A DNA stretch of 64,000 bases from Acholeplasmataceae bacterium (GTDB taxonomy: Bacteria > Bacillota_I > Bacilli_A > Acholeplasmatales > Acholeplasmataceae), in NCBI GenBank assembly GCA_963667565.1, contig OY763415.1:416001-480000 (forward strand). Reading direction: 5' to 3'. The notes beneath the pieces are model-generated. The model ran no database searches. It was not told the origin of the DNA and was given only the letters and a program-made list of their open reading frames with translations. Shown here one piece after another: positions 39,265 through 51,983 of this stretch. The position numbers and the translations under genes are program-made. Position 1 is the first letter of the stretch; each line of letters opens with the position of its first letter.

Positions 39265-39517
39265 TCGTACAAAAGCAATTAATATATTAAAAACAGCTAA
39301 AGGACAAATAGAGGCATCTATTAGAATGGCTGAAGAAGGAAGATATTGTGTTGATGTTGCAAATCAAATTGAAGCAACCAATGCATTGTTAAAAAAAGCT
39401 AATTTACTCATTCTGCAGGATCACATTAACACGTGTGTTAGAGAATCTTTTGAAGATGGTACTAGTGATCAAAAAATCGAAGAAGTTATGAAATTACTAA
39501 GTAAATATATTCAATAA
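39254..39517 (+). CDS. csoR: Copper-sensing repressor
   Basis: GQI..M.EE.RYCVD..Q; HINTCV. Confidence 0.9.
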   Translation: MKHDRTKAINILKTAKGQIEASIRMAEEGRYCVDVANQIEATNALLKKANLLILQDHINTCVRESFEDGTSDQKIEEVMKLLSKYIQ

Positions 39518-39532
39518 AAAAAGAGCAATCAA

Positions 39533-40597
39533 CTAAGATTGCTCTTCTTTTATACTGTCATCATATAAATCGATTTCTTTAATCAGCTCATCATAAACTT
39601 CTGATTCTTTAATCTTTTTAATAATCTTACCTTTTCTAAATAAGATAGCTTCACCTTTGCCACCGGCAACACCTAAGTCAGCATGCTTAGCTTCACCGGG
39701 ACCATTAACTGCACATCCCATAATCGCAACATTAATCGTTTTATTTACTTTAAGTAAATAAGATTCAACACGTTTAGCAATATCAATCATATCATATTGA
39801 ATACGACCACATGTTGGACAACTGATAAGATTAGGAACTTTATCCTTTAATCCAAGATTTTTTAAAATCTCTTTTGCTGCTTGAATTTCAATTCTTGGAT
39901 CATCAGTTAGTGAAACTCTAATGGTATTACCTATACCTTCATGGAGTAGGATACCAATGCCCATTGCGGACTTGATTGCACCACTAAATGCAGTTCCTGC
40001 TTCAGTCACACCTAAATGAAGAGGGTATGGAAAAGTTTTTGCTGCTAGTCTATAAGTTTCAATCATTAAATTCATATCAGTTGCTTTTAATGATATAGCG
40101 ATATCATAAAAATCCATAGATTCTAATATTTCTACGTGTGATTTAGCTGTTTCAACCATAAGTTCGGGTGTAGGCATTGCTCTTCCAGGAAGAGAACCAC
40201 TATTGACACCAATACGAATGGGAATATGTTTTTCTTTACAAGCAGCAACGACAGCTTCAACTTGTTCCCTTTTAGGCAAATTGCCTGGATTTAATCTAAT
40301 CTTATCAACACCTTGTGCAATAGCTTCAAGCGCTAATTCATAATTAAAATGAATATCTGCAACTAAAGGAATAGAAATTTGTTTTTTGATTTCACCTAAA
40401 GATTTTGCGTCTTCCATATCTAAAACTGCGACTCTGACAATCTCGCACCCTGCATCTGTTAATGTTTTTATTTGCTTAACAGTTGCTTCTACATCTTTAG
40501 TATACGTATTTGTCATACTTTGAATGTATACTTTATTGTTTCCTCCAAATGGAAGATTACCCACCATAAATTGTTTTGTTGTTTGTCTTTGTAACAT
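39533..40597 (-). CDS. ispG: HMBPP synthase
   Basis: QSMTNT, ADIHF, RLNPGN, RIGVNSGS, CPTCGR, MGCAVNGPGE. Confidence 0.97.
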   Translation of the reverse strand: MLQRQTTKQFMVGNLPFGGNNKVYIQSMTNTYTKDVEATVKQIKTLTDAGCEIVRVAVLDMEDAKSLGEIKKQISIPLVADIHFNYELALEAIAQGVDKIRLNPGNLPKREQVEAVVAACKEKHIPIRIGVNSGSLPGRAMPTPELMVETAKSHVEILESMDFYDIAISLKATDMNLMIETYRLAAKTFPYPLHLGVTEAGTAFSGAIKSAMGIGILLHEGIGNTIRVSLTDDPRIEIQAAKEILKNLGLKDKVPNLISCPTCGRIQYDMIDIAKRVESYLLKVNKTINVAIMGCAVNGPGEAKHADLGVAGGKGEAILFRKGKIIKKIKESEVYDELIKEIDLYDDSIKEEQS

Positions 40598-40743
40598 AAT
40601 TTATCACCTATTCCCATTATAGACAATTTGTTTCTAAAAACATAGTTTTTTACATTATTTGACTTTTGAAAATAAAAATGCAAAAAATATTGAAAAAATA
40701 AATAAGTAATGATATAATACATGCGTATGTTTGGAGGGATATC

Positions 40744-40893
40744 ATGAGAGATCTTGTCAAATTGGTTTGTACATCATGTGGCGAAGAAAATTATCATACA
40801 GACAAAAATAAAAAAACTAAACCAGAACGTTTAGAATTTAAAAAATATTGTCCACGTGAAAAAAAATATACAATCCACAGAGAAAAGAAATAA
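40744..40893 (+). CDS. rpmG: 50S ribosomal protein L33 (not in ORF track)
   Basis: [49 protein letters not shown]. Confidence 0.97.
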   Translation: MRDLVKLVCTSCGEENYHTDKNKKTKPERLEFKKYCPREKKYTIHREKK

Positions 40894-40928
40894 GCTATTC
40901 TAGGAATAGTTTTTTTTCTGTATAAAAT

Positions 40929-41549
40929 ATGTTAAAAACAATATTTGGAAATGAAGCATATGCGAACACTTATGTGATTTGCAGATTTGATAGTTGCATG
41001 ATTGTTGATCCCTCACATGATCTTGCACAAATTATGGATGCCATTGGACCTCATAAAGTTCAAGGTATTTTGCTTACGCATGCACACAGTGATCATGTTG
41101 ATTTAATCCAACATTTTGAAGTGCCTATTTATATCCATAAAGATGATGCTCATCTACTATTTGAAGATGGATACAATGGATACGCACCTAAAAAACATCC
41201 TTATTCAAGAAAAGAATTGAATTTGGTGTTAATTGATGATCAACAAAAAATCAAGTTTGCAGATCAATTTATCGAAGTCATTCATTCACCAGGACATACT
41301 AAAGGTAGTGTATGTTTTCTATACCTTAATCATTTATTTACGGGTGACACTTTGTTTAAAGAGTCTGTGGGTCGACACGACTTGTATTCTGGATCTTTAC
41401 CACAGCTTAAGCAAAGTGTATTAAAAATCATGTCATTAAACAATGATATAAAAATATATCCTGGACATGATGAACTTACCACAATGAGGAATGAGAAAAA
41501 AAATAACCCATTTTATATGAAATGGGCTAAACAGTTTAAAAAATTATAG
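40929..41549 (+). CDS. MBL-fold metallohydrolase
   Basis: THAHSDH, PGHT.G, GDTLF, PGH. Confidence 0.92.
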   Translation: MLKTIFGNEAYANTYVICRFDSCMIVDPSHDLAQIMDAIGPHKVQGILLTHAHSDHVDLIQHFEVPIYIHKDDAHLLFEDGYNGYAPKKHPYSRKELNLVLIDDQQKIKFADQFIEVIHSPGHTKGSVCFLYLNHLFTGDTLFKESVGRHDLYSGSLPQLKQSVLKIMSLNNDIKIYPGHDELTTMRNEKKNNPFYMKWAKQFKKL

Positions 41550-42230
41550 AGTTAATGATTTTTTAGATATAACTTGTATATTTTGGTCAAATGTATAAAT
41601 CACTGGTAAACCTGTAGGGAGTTCTAAATCGAGGACTTCCTTTTTTGTTAATTGATCTAAAAACATCATCAAAGATCTTAGGCTGTTACCATGAGCAACG
41701 ATTAATACGTTATTACCTTTTTTTAATTCAGGATAAATATCTGAATACCAATAAGGTAAAACACGATGTAGACAGGACTCTAAACTTTCACCAAGGGGTA
41801 AATGAGGTATACCTTTATATAAAGCATCAAATTTAGGATTTCTAGGATCATCTTCATCCAAAAGAGGAGGCAGTACATCAAAACTACGTCTCCATAAATG
41901 AACCTGTTGTTCACCAAACTTAAGTGCGGTCTCACTTTTATTAAGTCCTTGTAAAGCACCATAATGTCTTTCGTTTAAACGCCAACACTTTTTAACTTCA
42001 AGATGTTCTTTATGCATTTGTTTTAATATGTATGTCAATGTATCATTTGCTCGTTTTAAAACAGATGTAAAAGCAATATCGATATCAATACCAGTACGAT
42101 ATATCAATTGTCCCGCTTTTTTAGCTTCTTCGATACCTTGATCACTTAATTCGACATCTGTCCAACCTGTAAATCGGTTTTCAAGATTCCAAATACTTTG
42201 CCCATGTCTTACCATGATGAGTTGTGCCAT
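41544..42230 (-). CDS. gpmA: 2,3-BPG-dependent phosphoglycerate mutase
   Basis: RHGQS.WN.ENRFTGW; LNERHYGALQG; AHGNSLR. Confidence 0.97.
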   Translation of the reverse strand: MAQLIMVRHGQSIWNLENRFTGWTDVELSDQGIEEAKKAGQLIYRTGIDIDIAFTSVLKRANDTLTYILKQMHKEHLEVKKCWRLNERHYGALQGLNKSETALKFGEQQVHLWRRSFDVLPPLLDEDDPRNPKFDALYKGIPHLPLGESLESCLHRVLPYWYSDIYPELKKGNNVLIVAHGNSLRSLMMFLDQLTKKEVLDLELPTGLPVIYTFDQNIQVISKKSLTL

Positions 42231-42333
42231 TACATCACTTCCTTATATTCATATTATACCACTATATGAAATTGAAGAAGAATCGTGCTATGATAAACAA
42301 GTTTTACGTAAATTGTGTGAAGGTTGTAAAAAA

Positions 42334-42407
42334 ATAGCACATTACTCTTGACAGTGCCAAATCAATGTTATACAATAATGTTGGCACAATGGTTAAAAGA
42401 GTGCTAA
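42334..42407 (+). promoter_or_regulatory. Tandem CIRCE operators around the hrcA promoter
   Basis: ATAGCACAT-N9-CAGTGCCAA (42334-42360) and TTGGCACAA-N9-GAGTGCTAA (42381-42407); TTGACA (42348)-17 nt-TACAAT. Confidence 0.85.
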
Positions 42408-42417
42408 AAGAGGTGAA

Positions 42418-43434
42418 TTGATGCTCACAAGTAGACAAAAACTCATTTTAAAAGCAATCATAGAAGCATATGTTAAAGATGCACAACCTGTCGGATCTAA
42501 ATATTTAACGCAATTACCATATTTAAGTTTTTCGAGTGCAACCTTGAGATATGATATGGCAATATTAGAAGAATTGGGATATTTAGAAAAGACACATACA
42601 TCTAGTGGACGTGTTCCATCTGAAAAAGGATATCGCTATTATGTAGAACATTTAGTGACACGAGATAGTGATGTTGCAGAACAGTTTCCACTTATTGATG
42701 AAATATTTTATAAAAATAAAATGGCACGAGAACAAGCCATTGAAGAAGCAATTTCACTCTTAAGCGATTTAACCAATTATACAGCAATGGCTGTAGGTCC
42801 TAGAGGATCAAAGAACAAAATCAAGCGCATTGATTTTATCCCAGTTGGTGAAAAAGATGCAGTAGCGTTAATTGTGACTGATCAGGGGCATGTGCAACAT
42901 CAAAGTATTAGAATACCAGATAGTGCACATATAGAAGATGTCAAAGAAGTTATTAAATCGCTAGATGAATTATTAAGAGATCGAACAATTGAAGAAGCAA
43001 GTGCAATTCTAAAAAATTCATTTGCTAAAAAAGAAATTGATTCCTACATGGAATATCAAACACAAATTCTTAATTCATTTATTCATGCATTTGCTAAATT
43101 TGCAGAAGAAAACTTCTATTTATCAGGTGTAACAAATGTATTTGAACAACCTGAATTTCACAATGTAAAAAATATTAAAAGTTTTGTTGATATGCTTGAT
43201 CGAAGAGAAATTCTTAAGTTAATTGGTAACGAAGACAGTTTATCTATAAGGTTTGGGTCGGATTTGACACTTATCCCTATGGAAAATTGTACTGTGATAT
43301 CAGTCCCTTATCGAATTAGCGATCAAGAACATGGAACGATTGCAGTTGTAGGTCCTACGAGAATGGAATATAACAAAGTCATTCCACTTGTAGAATATAT
43401 TGCAAGCAATCTTGGAAAACTTTACAAAAAATAA
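42418..43434 (+). CDS. hrcA: Heat-inducible transcription repressor
   Basis: LT.RQ..IL.AII..Y; HTSSGRVPS; GPTRM.Y. Confidence 0.97.
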   Translation: MMLTSRQKLILKAIIEAYVKDAQPVGSKYLTQLPYLSFSSATLRYDMAILEELGYLEKTHTSSGRVPSEKGYRYYVEHLVTRDSDVAEQFPLIDEIFYKNKMAREQAIEEAISLLSDLTNYTAMAVGPRGSKNKIKRIDFIPVGEKDAVALIVTDQGHVQHQSIRIPDSAHIEDVKEVIKSLDELLRDRTIEEASAILKNSFAKKEIDSYMEYQTQILNSFIHAFAKFAEENFYLSGVTNVFEQPEFHNVKNIKSFVDMLDRREILKLIGNEDSLSIRFGSDLTLIPMENCTVISVPYRISDQEHGTIAVVGPTRMEYNKVIPLVEYIASNLGKLYKK

Positions 43435-43443
43435 AAGGATGAT

Positions 43444-45844
<2,401 letters not shown>

Positions 45845-45888
45845 TAAAATAAGGGGCTTTGCCCCTTATCAATTATGGAGTTGATAAA

Positions 45889-46992
45889 ATGGCAGATAAA
45901 AGAGATTATTATGATGTGTTAGGGGTATCTAAAACAGCAACTGATGATGAGATAAAAAAAGCGTATCGTTCACTTGCTAAAAAATATCATCCTGATATAT
46001 CAAAAGAAGATAAAGCAGAAGAAAAATTTAAAGAAGTTCAAGCTGCATACGATACATTAAGCGATCCTCAGAAGCGTGCTGCATATGATCAGTATGGTCA
46101 TGAAGGCAATCCTTTTGGTGGACAAGGCTTCGGTGGAGGTTTCCAAGATTTTGGTGGTTTTGGCGATATTTTCTCTCAATTTTTTGGTGGAGGAAGACAG
46201 CGTCAACAAAACTATAATGGACCTCAACGTGGTGATGACATTGAAAAGACGATGACTATCGACTTTTTAGAAGCTGCTTTAGGAACTAAAAAAACTGTTG
46301 AAGTCAATGTGACTGAAACATGTCATTTCTGCCATGGTACTGGAGCGGAATCATCAAAAGATGTTGAAATTTGTAGTCGTTGTCATGGTGATGGTGTGAT
46401 CAATGTTGAACAAAGAACCATGCTTGGGACAATGCGTACACAACAAGTTTGTCCTGTTTGTGGTGGTAAAGGTAAAACAGTTAAAAATGCATGTCATGTA
46501 TGCCATGGATCAGGTCAAGAAAAGAAAAACAAATCTGTTGATGTTACAATCCCTGCAGGTGTAGATACTAATATGAGTTTAAAAGTTGCTGGTTATGGAC
46601 ATGGTGGTAAAAACGGTGGACAAACTGGAGATCTTTATTTAAACTTTAGAGTAAGACCTCATAAAGTGTTCCAAAGACAAGGCGATGATGTCATCTTACA
46701 TGTACCTATTTCTGTAACACAAGCGGTTTTAGGAACTAAGATTGATATACCGACTATTTATGGTGATGTTTCACTCAAGATTCCTCAAGGTATCGAAAGT
46801 GGTACAGCGCTTAGAATGAAAGAAAAAGGTATTGCCAATATTAGATCTAAAAAACCTGGCGATCAACATGTGATTGTTGATATTGAAACACCTAAGAATT
46901 TATCAGCAAAAGAAAAAGGGTTATATGAAGAACTTGCTAAACTAGAAAATAGAGAATCTGGTTGGCAAAAGTTTAAAAACTTATTCAAATAA
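45889..46992 (+). CDS. dnaJ: Chaperone DnaJ
   Basis: J domain HPD; G/F region; four CxxCxGxG; preceded by a hairpin at 45850-45868. Confidence 0.98.
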   Translation: MADKRDYYDVLGVSKTATDDEIKKAYRSLAKKYHPDISKEDKAEEKFKEVQAAYDTLSDPQKRAAYDQYGHEGNPFGGQGFGGGFQDFGGFGDIFSQFFGGGRQRQQNYNGPQRGDDIEKTMTIDFLEAALGTKKTVEVNVTETCHFCHGTGAESSKDVEICSRCHGDGVINVEQRTMLGTMRTQQVCPVCGGKGKTVKNACHVCHGSGQEKKNKSVDVTIPAGVDTNMSLKVAGYGHGGKNGGQTGDLYLNFRVRPHKVFQRQGDDVILHVPISVTQAVLGTKIDIPTIYGDVSLKIPQGIESGTALRMKEKGIANIRSKKPGDQHVIVDIETPKNLSAKEKGLYEELAKLENRESGWQKFKNLFK

Positions 46993-46995
46993 TGA

Positions 46996-47026
46996 AGAAA
47001 TCTCCATGTGTGAGATTTCTTTTTTT
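46996..47026 (+). terminator. Terminator of dnaK operon
   Basis: AAGAAATCTC..GAGATTTCTT plus T-tract. Confidence 0.75.
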
Positions 47027-47095
47027 ATATCTATTATGTAATCATTTAACTTTGTTAAGTATTAAAAACATGATATAATTTTTGATGAAAAGGAA

Positions 47096-48091
47096 GTGAT
47101 TATAATGATTTTAATTAGACACCACAATGAAGGACAATTGAAACCATATTTTTATTTTGCTCTTGAAGAATATGTATTAAATGAATTACTTAAAGATGAC
47201 GAGACTTATTTTTTTACTTGGGAAATTCATGGAGTCGTTATTGGAAAAAACCAAGTCATTGAAAATGAAGTTAATTTAGATTTCTTAAAAGAAAACAGTA
47301 TTGATGTTTATAGAAGACCTACAGGTGGTGGGTGTGTTTATGCAGATCACAGAAACACCATGTTTTCAATCATCACTAAAAGAACAAATAGTCAGTTTAG
47401 TTTTAAAACATACTTATCTAAAATTATTGATGCAATGGCAGTTTTAGGAATTAAGCTTGAATTTTCTGGTAGAAATGATTTACTTTTAGATGGTAAAAAA
47501 ATATCAGGAAATGCTTTTTTACAAAATAAGCATGGCATGTTAATGCATGGGACTTTTTTATATGATTGTGATTTAGAAACCATGGTTAGAGCAATTTCTC
47601 CAAGTGATGAAAAACTTGTCTCAAAAGGGATTGATAGTGTCAAATCAAGAGTGACAAATATTAAAGAATATTTAAATGGTATGACACAAGATGAATTGAT
47701 TAAACATTTTGAAAATGTATTAACAACAACAACTTATGAACTATCTGAAGACGAAGTTAAAAAAATTGAAACTATGGCTTCAAAATATGCTACAAAACAA
47801 TGGATTTATGGTAGTCAACCACATTATACAAAATTACTTAAAAAACGTATTGGTGGTGGCCTTTTTGAAATTAGCCTAGATTTAAAACATGGTGTCATAG
47901 AAGATATACATGTTCAAGGTGATTTTTTTGATATTCAATCATTAAAGCCATTTGAAGCGCTTTTTATTGGACAAACATATGATGTTAACACGATGACTGA
48001 ATTACTTGATAAAAACGACATTTCTAGCTATATACTTGATGTTGATAGGGATGCTTTTAAAGATTTAATACTAAGTGGGACACTTTTATAA
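47096..48091 (+). CDS. lplA: Lipoate-protein ligase
   Basis: IGKNQ; RRPTGGGCVY; GRNDL..GKKISGNA; HGT.L; SVKSRVTN. Confidence 0.92.
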   Translation: MIIMILIRHHNEGQLKPYFYFALEEYVLNELLKDDETYFFTWEIHGVVIGKNQVIENEVNLDFLKENSIDVYRRPTGGGCVYADHRNTMFSIITKRTNSQFSFKTYLSKIIDAMAVLGIKLEFSGRNDLLLDGKKISGNAFLQNKHGMLMHGTFLYDCDLETMVRAISPSDEKLVSKGIDSVKSRVTNIKEYLNGMTQDELIKHFENVLTTTTYELSEDEVKKIETMASKYATKQWIYGSQPHYTKLLKKRIGGGLFEISLDLKHGVIEDIHVQGDFFDIQSLKPFEALFIGQTYDVNTMTELLDKNDISSYILDVDRDAFKDLILSGTLL

Positions 48092-48175
48092 GTTATTTAT
48101 ACAAAAACCTGGATTTGTTTGACTAGAATTACTATAATTTGATAAAATGAAGTATGAAGTGAGAGGTGGAGAGTT

Positions 48176-49081
48176 ATGGGTAAAAAAACTAAGGATGAAT
48201 TAGAATTAGAGAATAAAGAAACACTCGCAGAAAATGGGCAAGCACTTCAAGAAGATACAACCTTAAAAACAAATCCTGAAGACATTCAAAAATCAAAGGA
48301 TCAAAAGAAAAAAATGGCAGAAGAAAAAAAGGCTGCTAAAAAACAAGCTGCTATTGATAAAGAAGCTGAAGAGATTGCAAAAGAAAATGCAATTCTAGAT
48401 GCTAAGAAAGCTAAAAAAGAAGCAAAAAAAGCAGAAAAATTAGCGAAGAAGCAAGCGAAAAAAGAAAAACACAAACGAGCAAAAAATGTATTATTAAACG
48501 ACATTGAACGTAGCAAATGGGTTAAATCTTATTTTAAAAAAAATGAAGGTTTAGCTGATCCAAGAATGAAAGAATTAATGGATAAAGATTATGCTAAAAT
48601 GTTTAAAAGAGCACATTTGATGCTTAATATTACGGAACAAGATTATGAAAAAGTATTTGTACTCCAAATGCCTGATTCATATTCAAATAAAACTAAAGTG
48701 AATTATCGATTAGATAAGATGGAACACGGTTCACAAACACTCATCTATGATCAAGCATTTTTAAATGTATTATTCTTTGGTGAAGATGTTTTATATAACT
48801 ACTATGTTAATGTTGATTTTAATAACGGTTATATGACAAACGATCACAGTATTGCAGTAAGATATTTTGATATCGTTTCAATTGAAACAAAACTTACTTA
48901 TGATCAAATGGAATCACCTAAATATTTACAATATCACGTGATTCTACACTTAACAAATCATCAACAAATTACATTAAATTTAAGAAATCAAAGATTATAT
49001 GGTGCAAATGTGATTCCAAGTTTATTAACAACACAAGAACAACGAATCGTGAAACTTTTAAGAGACAAAATGCAAAAATAA
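48176..49081 (+). CDS. Hypothetical protein with Lys/Ala/Glu-rich N-terminus
   Basis: 301-aa ORF with RBS; low-complexity KKAAKK segment. Confidence 0.75.
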   Translation: MGKKTKDELELENKETLAENGQALQEDTTLKTNPEDIQKSKDQKKKMAEEKKAAKKQAAIDKEAEEIAKENAILDAKKAKKEAKKAEKLAKKQAKKEKHKRAKNVLLNDIERSKWVKSYFKKNEGLADPRMKELMDKDYAKMFKRAHLMLNITEQDYEKVFVLQMPDSYSNKTKVNYRLDKMEHGSQTLIYDQAFLNVLFFGEDVLYNYYVNVDFNNGYMTNDHSIAVRYFDIVSIETKLTYDQMESPKYLQYHVILHLTNHQQITLNLRNQRLYGANVIPSLLTTQEQRIVKLLRDKMQK

Positions 49082-49180
49082 TTTAAGTGATTTTGAGTCT
49101 TCAATCTAAGATTCAAAATCACTTTTATTCATTGACTTTTATATAGATTTTATGTATAATACATTCGTTGAGGTGAATTT

Positions 49181-49615
49181 ATGAAAATATTAGTTAATGA
49201 TTTAAAAACTAACCCCTCAATGGATTTGGTTTGTGACTTTCAAAACGAAATCAAAAACATTGATGATATCATCAATATCAATCCTGCTTCAATTCACGTA
49301 GATGCTTATTTTAATGAAGATGAATTGATTTTATCAATGACAGGACAAATCAGTATGGTACTAGCGTGTGCAAAAACGTTAAAACCCATACCTTATCAAA
49401 TAGATTTAAATGCTTCAATTGTATTTGGACAAGATGAGGATGCTGATTATGTGCTAACTGATAAGATTGATTTACATGCATTAATCTTTGGTGAAATGAT
49501 TGCAGAAAAACCAATCGCGGTTTATCATCCAGATGCTTCAGATGTTTCTTTTGAAAAAGAGAAGAGTCCACATCCTGCATTTGCTGATTTAGATAAATTA
49601 TTTAAGAAGTCGTAG
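49181..49615 (+). CDS. YceD/DUF177 family protein
   Basis: L.CAKTL.P; terminal HPAFADL; directly upstream of rpmF. Confidence 0.85.
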   Translation: MKILVNDLKTNPSMDLVCDFQNEIKNIDDIININPASIHVDAYFNEDELILSMTGQISMVLACAKTLKPIPYQIDLNASIVFGQDEDADYVLTDKIDLHALIFGEMIAEKPIAVYHPDASDVSFEKEKSPHPAFADLDKLFKKS

Positions 49616-49626
49616 GAGGTGAACAG

Positions 49627-49818
49627 ATGGCTGTTCCATTTCGTAGAACGGGTAAGACTGCTAAGAGAAAAAGACGTACACATTATAAATTAACTGCTCC
49701 AGCATTAGTTGTTTGCCCACAAACTGGTGAATTCACACTTCCACATAGAGTGACACCAAACAGTGGTTATTACAAAGGACAAAAAGTATTAGCTACAAAG
49801 GAATCCAAAGAGGATTAA
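49627..49818 (+). CDS. rpmF: 50S ribosomal protein L32
   Basis: [27 protein letters not shown]. Confidence 0.97.
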   Translation: MAVPFRRTGKTAKRKRRTHYKLTAPALVVCPQTGEFTLPHRVTPNSGYYKGQKVLATKESKED

Positions 49819-49912
49819 GAAAAGGTGCAATCGTGCACCTTTTTCTTTGGATAAAAATTGACAAATAATCATTTATTGTATATAGTTTATATGAAGGTAT
49901 AAGGGTAAGTTT

Positions 49913-50809
49913 ATGGAACATTTTTCAGTTTTAAAAAATGAAGCTATATCACATTTAAATATTAAGGAAGATGGCATTTATGTTGATGGCACTTTAGGTG
50001 GTGCTGGACATTCAAGTGAAATCTTAAAAAAACTTAAAACAGGTTTTTTATATGCATTTGATCAAGATGATTATGCGATAGAATTTGCAAAGAAACGATT
50101 GGGTGAAAATAATCGTTATGAAATTATAAAAAGCAATTTTATGTTTTTAAAAGAAAAACTAGCTGAGAAAAATATTCATCATATTGATGGATTATTACTT
50201 GATCTAGGTTTATCATCTTTTCAAATTGATGATGAAAAAAGAGGATTTACATATTTAAAAGATACCACCTTAGATATGCGTATGAATCAGAGTCAAACAC
50301 TTACAGCTGAAGAAGTGTTAAACACATATTCAAAAGAGGCACTCGCAAAAATCTTTTTTCTTTATGGTGAAGAAAAAAACAGTTTTAAAATTGCTGATGA
50401 AATCATTAAAAACCGCCCACTAAAGACAACAATGGATTTGGTAAAGATCACAGATAGAGTCAATTATAAAGATAAAGGTCATAGTGCAAAACGTGTATTT
50501 CAAGCATTGCGTATTGAAGTCAATCATGAATTAGAAGCGCTTGAGACTGTCTTGGAAGATGTCGTTGATTTATTAAATCCTGAAGGACGCATTGTGATAA
50601 TTACTTTTCACTCGCTAGAAGATCGTATCGTTAAACATTTCTTCAAGGAACAAAGTATCCAAGAGCAACCTAAAGGATTACCAATCATGATTGATGATCA
50701 ATCAAAACTAAAGATCATAACAAAAAAACCAATCTATCCATCTGATGAAGAATTAGCACTTAACTCTAGAAGCAAGTCTGCAAAGTTAAGAGTTGCACAA
50801 AAAAAATAA
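49913..50809 (+). CDS. rsmH: 16S rRNA m4C1402 methyltransferase
   Basis: HFSVL; DGTLGGAGHS; DLGLSS.Q; FQALRIEVN; FHSLEDR. Confidence 0.97.
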   Translation: MEHFSVLKNEAISHLNIKEDGIYVDGTLGGAGHSSEILKKLKTGFLYAFDQDDYAIEFAKKRLGENNRYEIIKSNFMFLKEKLAEKNIHHIDGLLLDLGLSSFQIDDEKRGFTYLKDTTLDMRMNQSQTLTAEEVLNTYSKEALAKIFFLYGEEKNSFKIADEIIKNRPLKTTMDLVKITDRVNYKDKGHSAKRVFQALRIEVNHELEALETVLEDVVDLLNPEGRIVIITFHSLEDRIVKHFFKEQSIQEQPKGLPIMIDDQSKLKIITKKPIYPSDEELALNSRSKSAKLRVAQKK

Positions 50810-50834
50810 AAAGGTGTTATCTAACACCTTTTTT
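50809..50834. terminator. Bidirectional terminator
   Basis: AAAAGGTGTTA-tc-TAACACCTTTT between convergent genes. Confidence 0.8.
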
Positions 50835-51256
50835 TATCGTTTCTTTTTACTTGCAGAAATAATGATTCTTACATAATCTAAGTCTAAATCCTTAAATGCT
50901 GGATGATTTGCAATATAGTCAAATATTTCAGGACTTGACACTTCTGTGATTTCATTTGTTTCTCTATTCATCACATGAATATGACTATCGGCACTATGCT
51001 TGGGGTTATCTAGTGCTAAATCATAATACTTCACATTATCAATATAGATTTCTACAACCATCTTATTTTCCAATAAAAATTCAAGATTATTATAAATGGT
51101 TGATACATTATAAAATCCACGATTAGATAACGCTTTTTGAATTTCTTTAAAAGTTAAATGTTTATCTTCAAGAATTTCAATCATCGCTTGACGTGATTTA
51201 GTAAGTCTTAATTTTTGAGAACGAATTTTTTGATAGTAACGATCTTTTAAATCCAT
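50834..51256 (-). CDS. Fur family transcriptional regulator
   Basis: LRLTKSR..; STIYNNL..L; H..HIH; RBS AAGGAG before ATG 51256. Confidence 0.8.
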   Translation of the reverse strand: MDLKDRYYQKIRSQKLRLTKSRQAMIEILEDKHLTFKEIQKALSNRGFYNVSTIYNNLEFLLENKMVVEIYIDNVKYYDLALDNPKHSADSHIHVMNRETNEITEVSSPEIFDYIANHPAFKDLDLDYVRIIISASKKKR

Positions 51257-51414
51257 TTTGATTGCTCCTTTATAAAATAGATACTCACTCACTATTTTCA
51301 TTTAAATTATATCAATATTTATAATTTATTTAAAGAGAAACGCTTAATTCTACAACTTTATGGGATAACAAAGTCGTTTTTATATTATTATGATATAATA
51401 ATGATGGTGATTTT

Positions 51415-51978
51415 ATGTATTATGTATATGGTGGTTCATTCAATCCACCAACCCTTGCACATTTAAAAATAATCGAGAAAATCAAAGAACTTCCATCATG
51501 TGAAAAAGTGATTATTTTACCTGTTGGTGATGACTATAAAAAACCATATCTTGTTAAATTTGAAGATCGAAAAAAGATGTTGGAACTTGCATTAAAAGAC
51601 TTAGATGATGTTTTGATATCTACCTTGGAACAAGCATATCCATATCAAGGGACATTGCATAGCTTAAATGAACTTAAGAAGTTATATGAACCTATTTGTT
51701 TTGTGATTGGATCAGACCAATTAAGCACTTTGGATAAGTGGATTTCTTATGAAGATTTATTAAAATCATATACATTTGTTATTTTACAACGCGATCAAGA
51801 TTTAACTTTTGAACAAGTTGAACAACAGTTTAAACATGTTAAGCATCAGTTTATTTGGGTACCTTTTGCACAAGATATTTCAGCAACAAAAGCTAGATTG
51901 GATGCAAAAAATAGAGCTCAATACTTAAATCTAGATGTTATTTCATATATTGACACTAAAGGACTATACAAGGAGTAG
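51415..51978 (+). CDS. nadD: Nicotinate-nucleotide adenylyltransferase
   Basis: GGSFNPPT.AH; IGSD; ISAT..R; YI..KGLY. Confidence 0.9.
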   Translation: MYYVYGGSFNPPTLAHLKIIEKIKELPSCEKVIILPVGDDYKKPYLVKFEDRKKMLELALKDLDDVLISTLEQAYPYQGTLHSLNELKKLYEPICFVIGSDQLSTLDKWISYEDLLKSYTFVILQRDQDLTFEQVEQQFKHVKHQFIWVPFAQDISATKARLDAKNRAQYLNLDVISYIDTKGLYKE

Positions 51979-51983
51979 ATGAT

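Noticed and set aside
40513..40722. 69-aa minus-strand ORF
   Set aside because: Spans the ispG/rpmG divergent promoter region and overlaps ispG out of frame; no protein-like features
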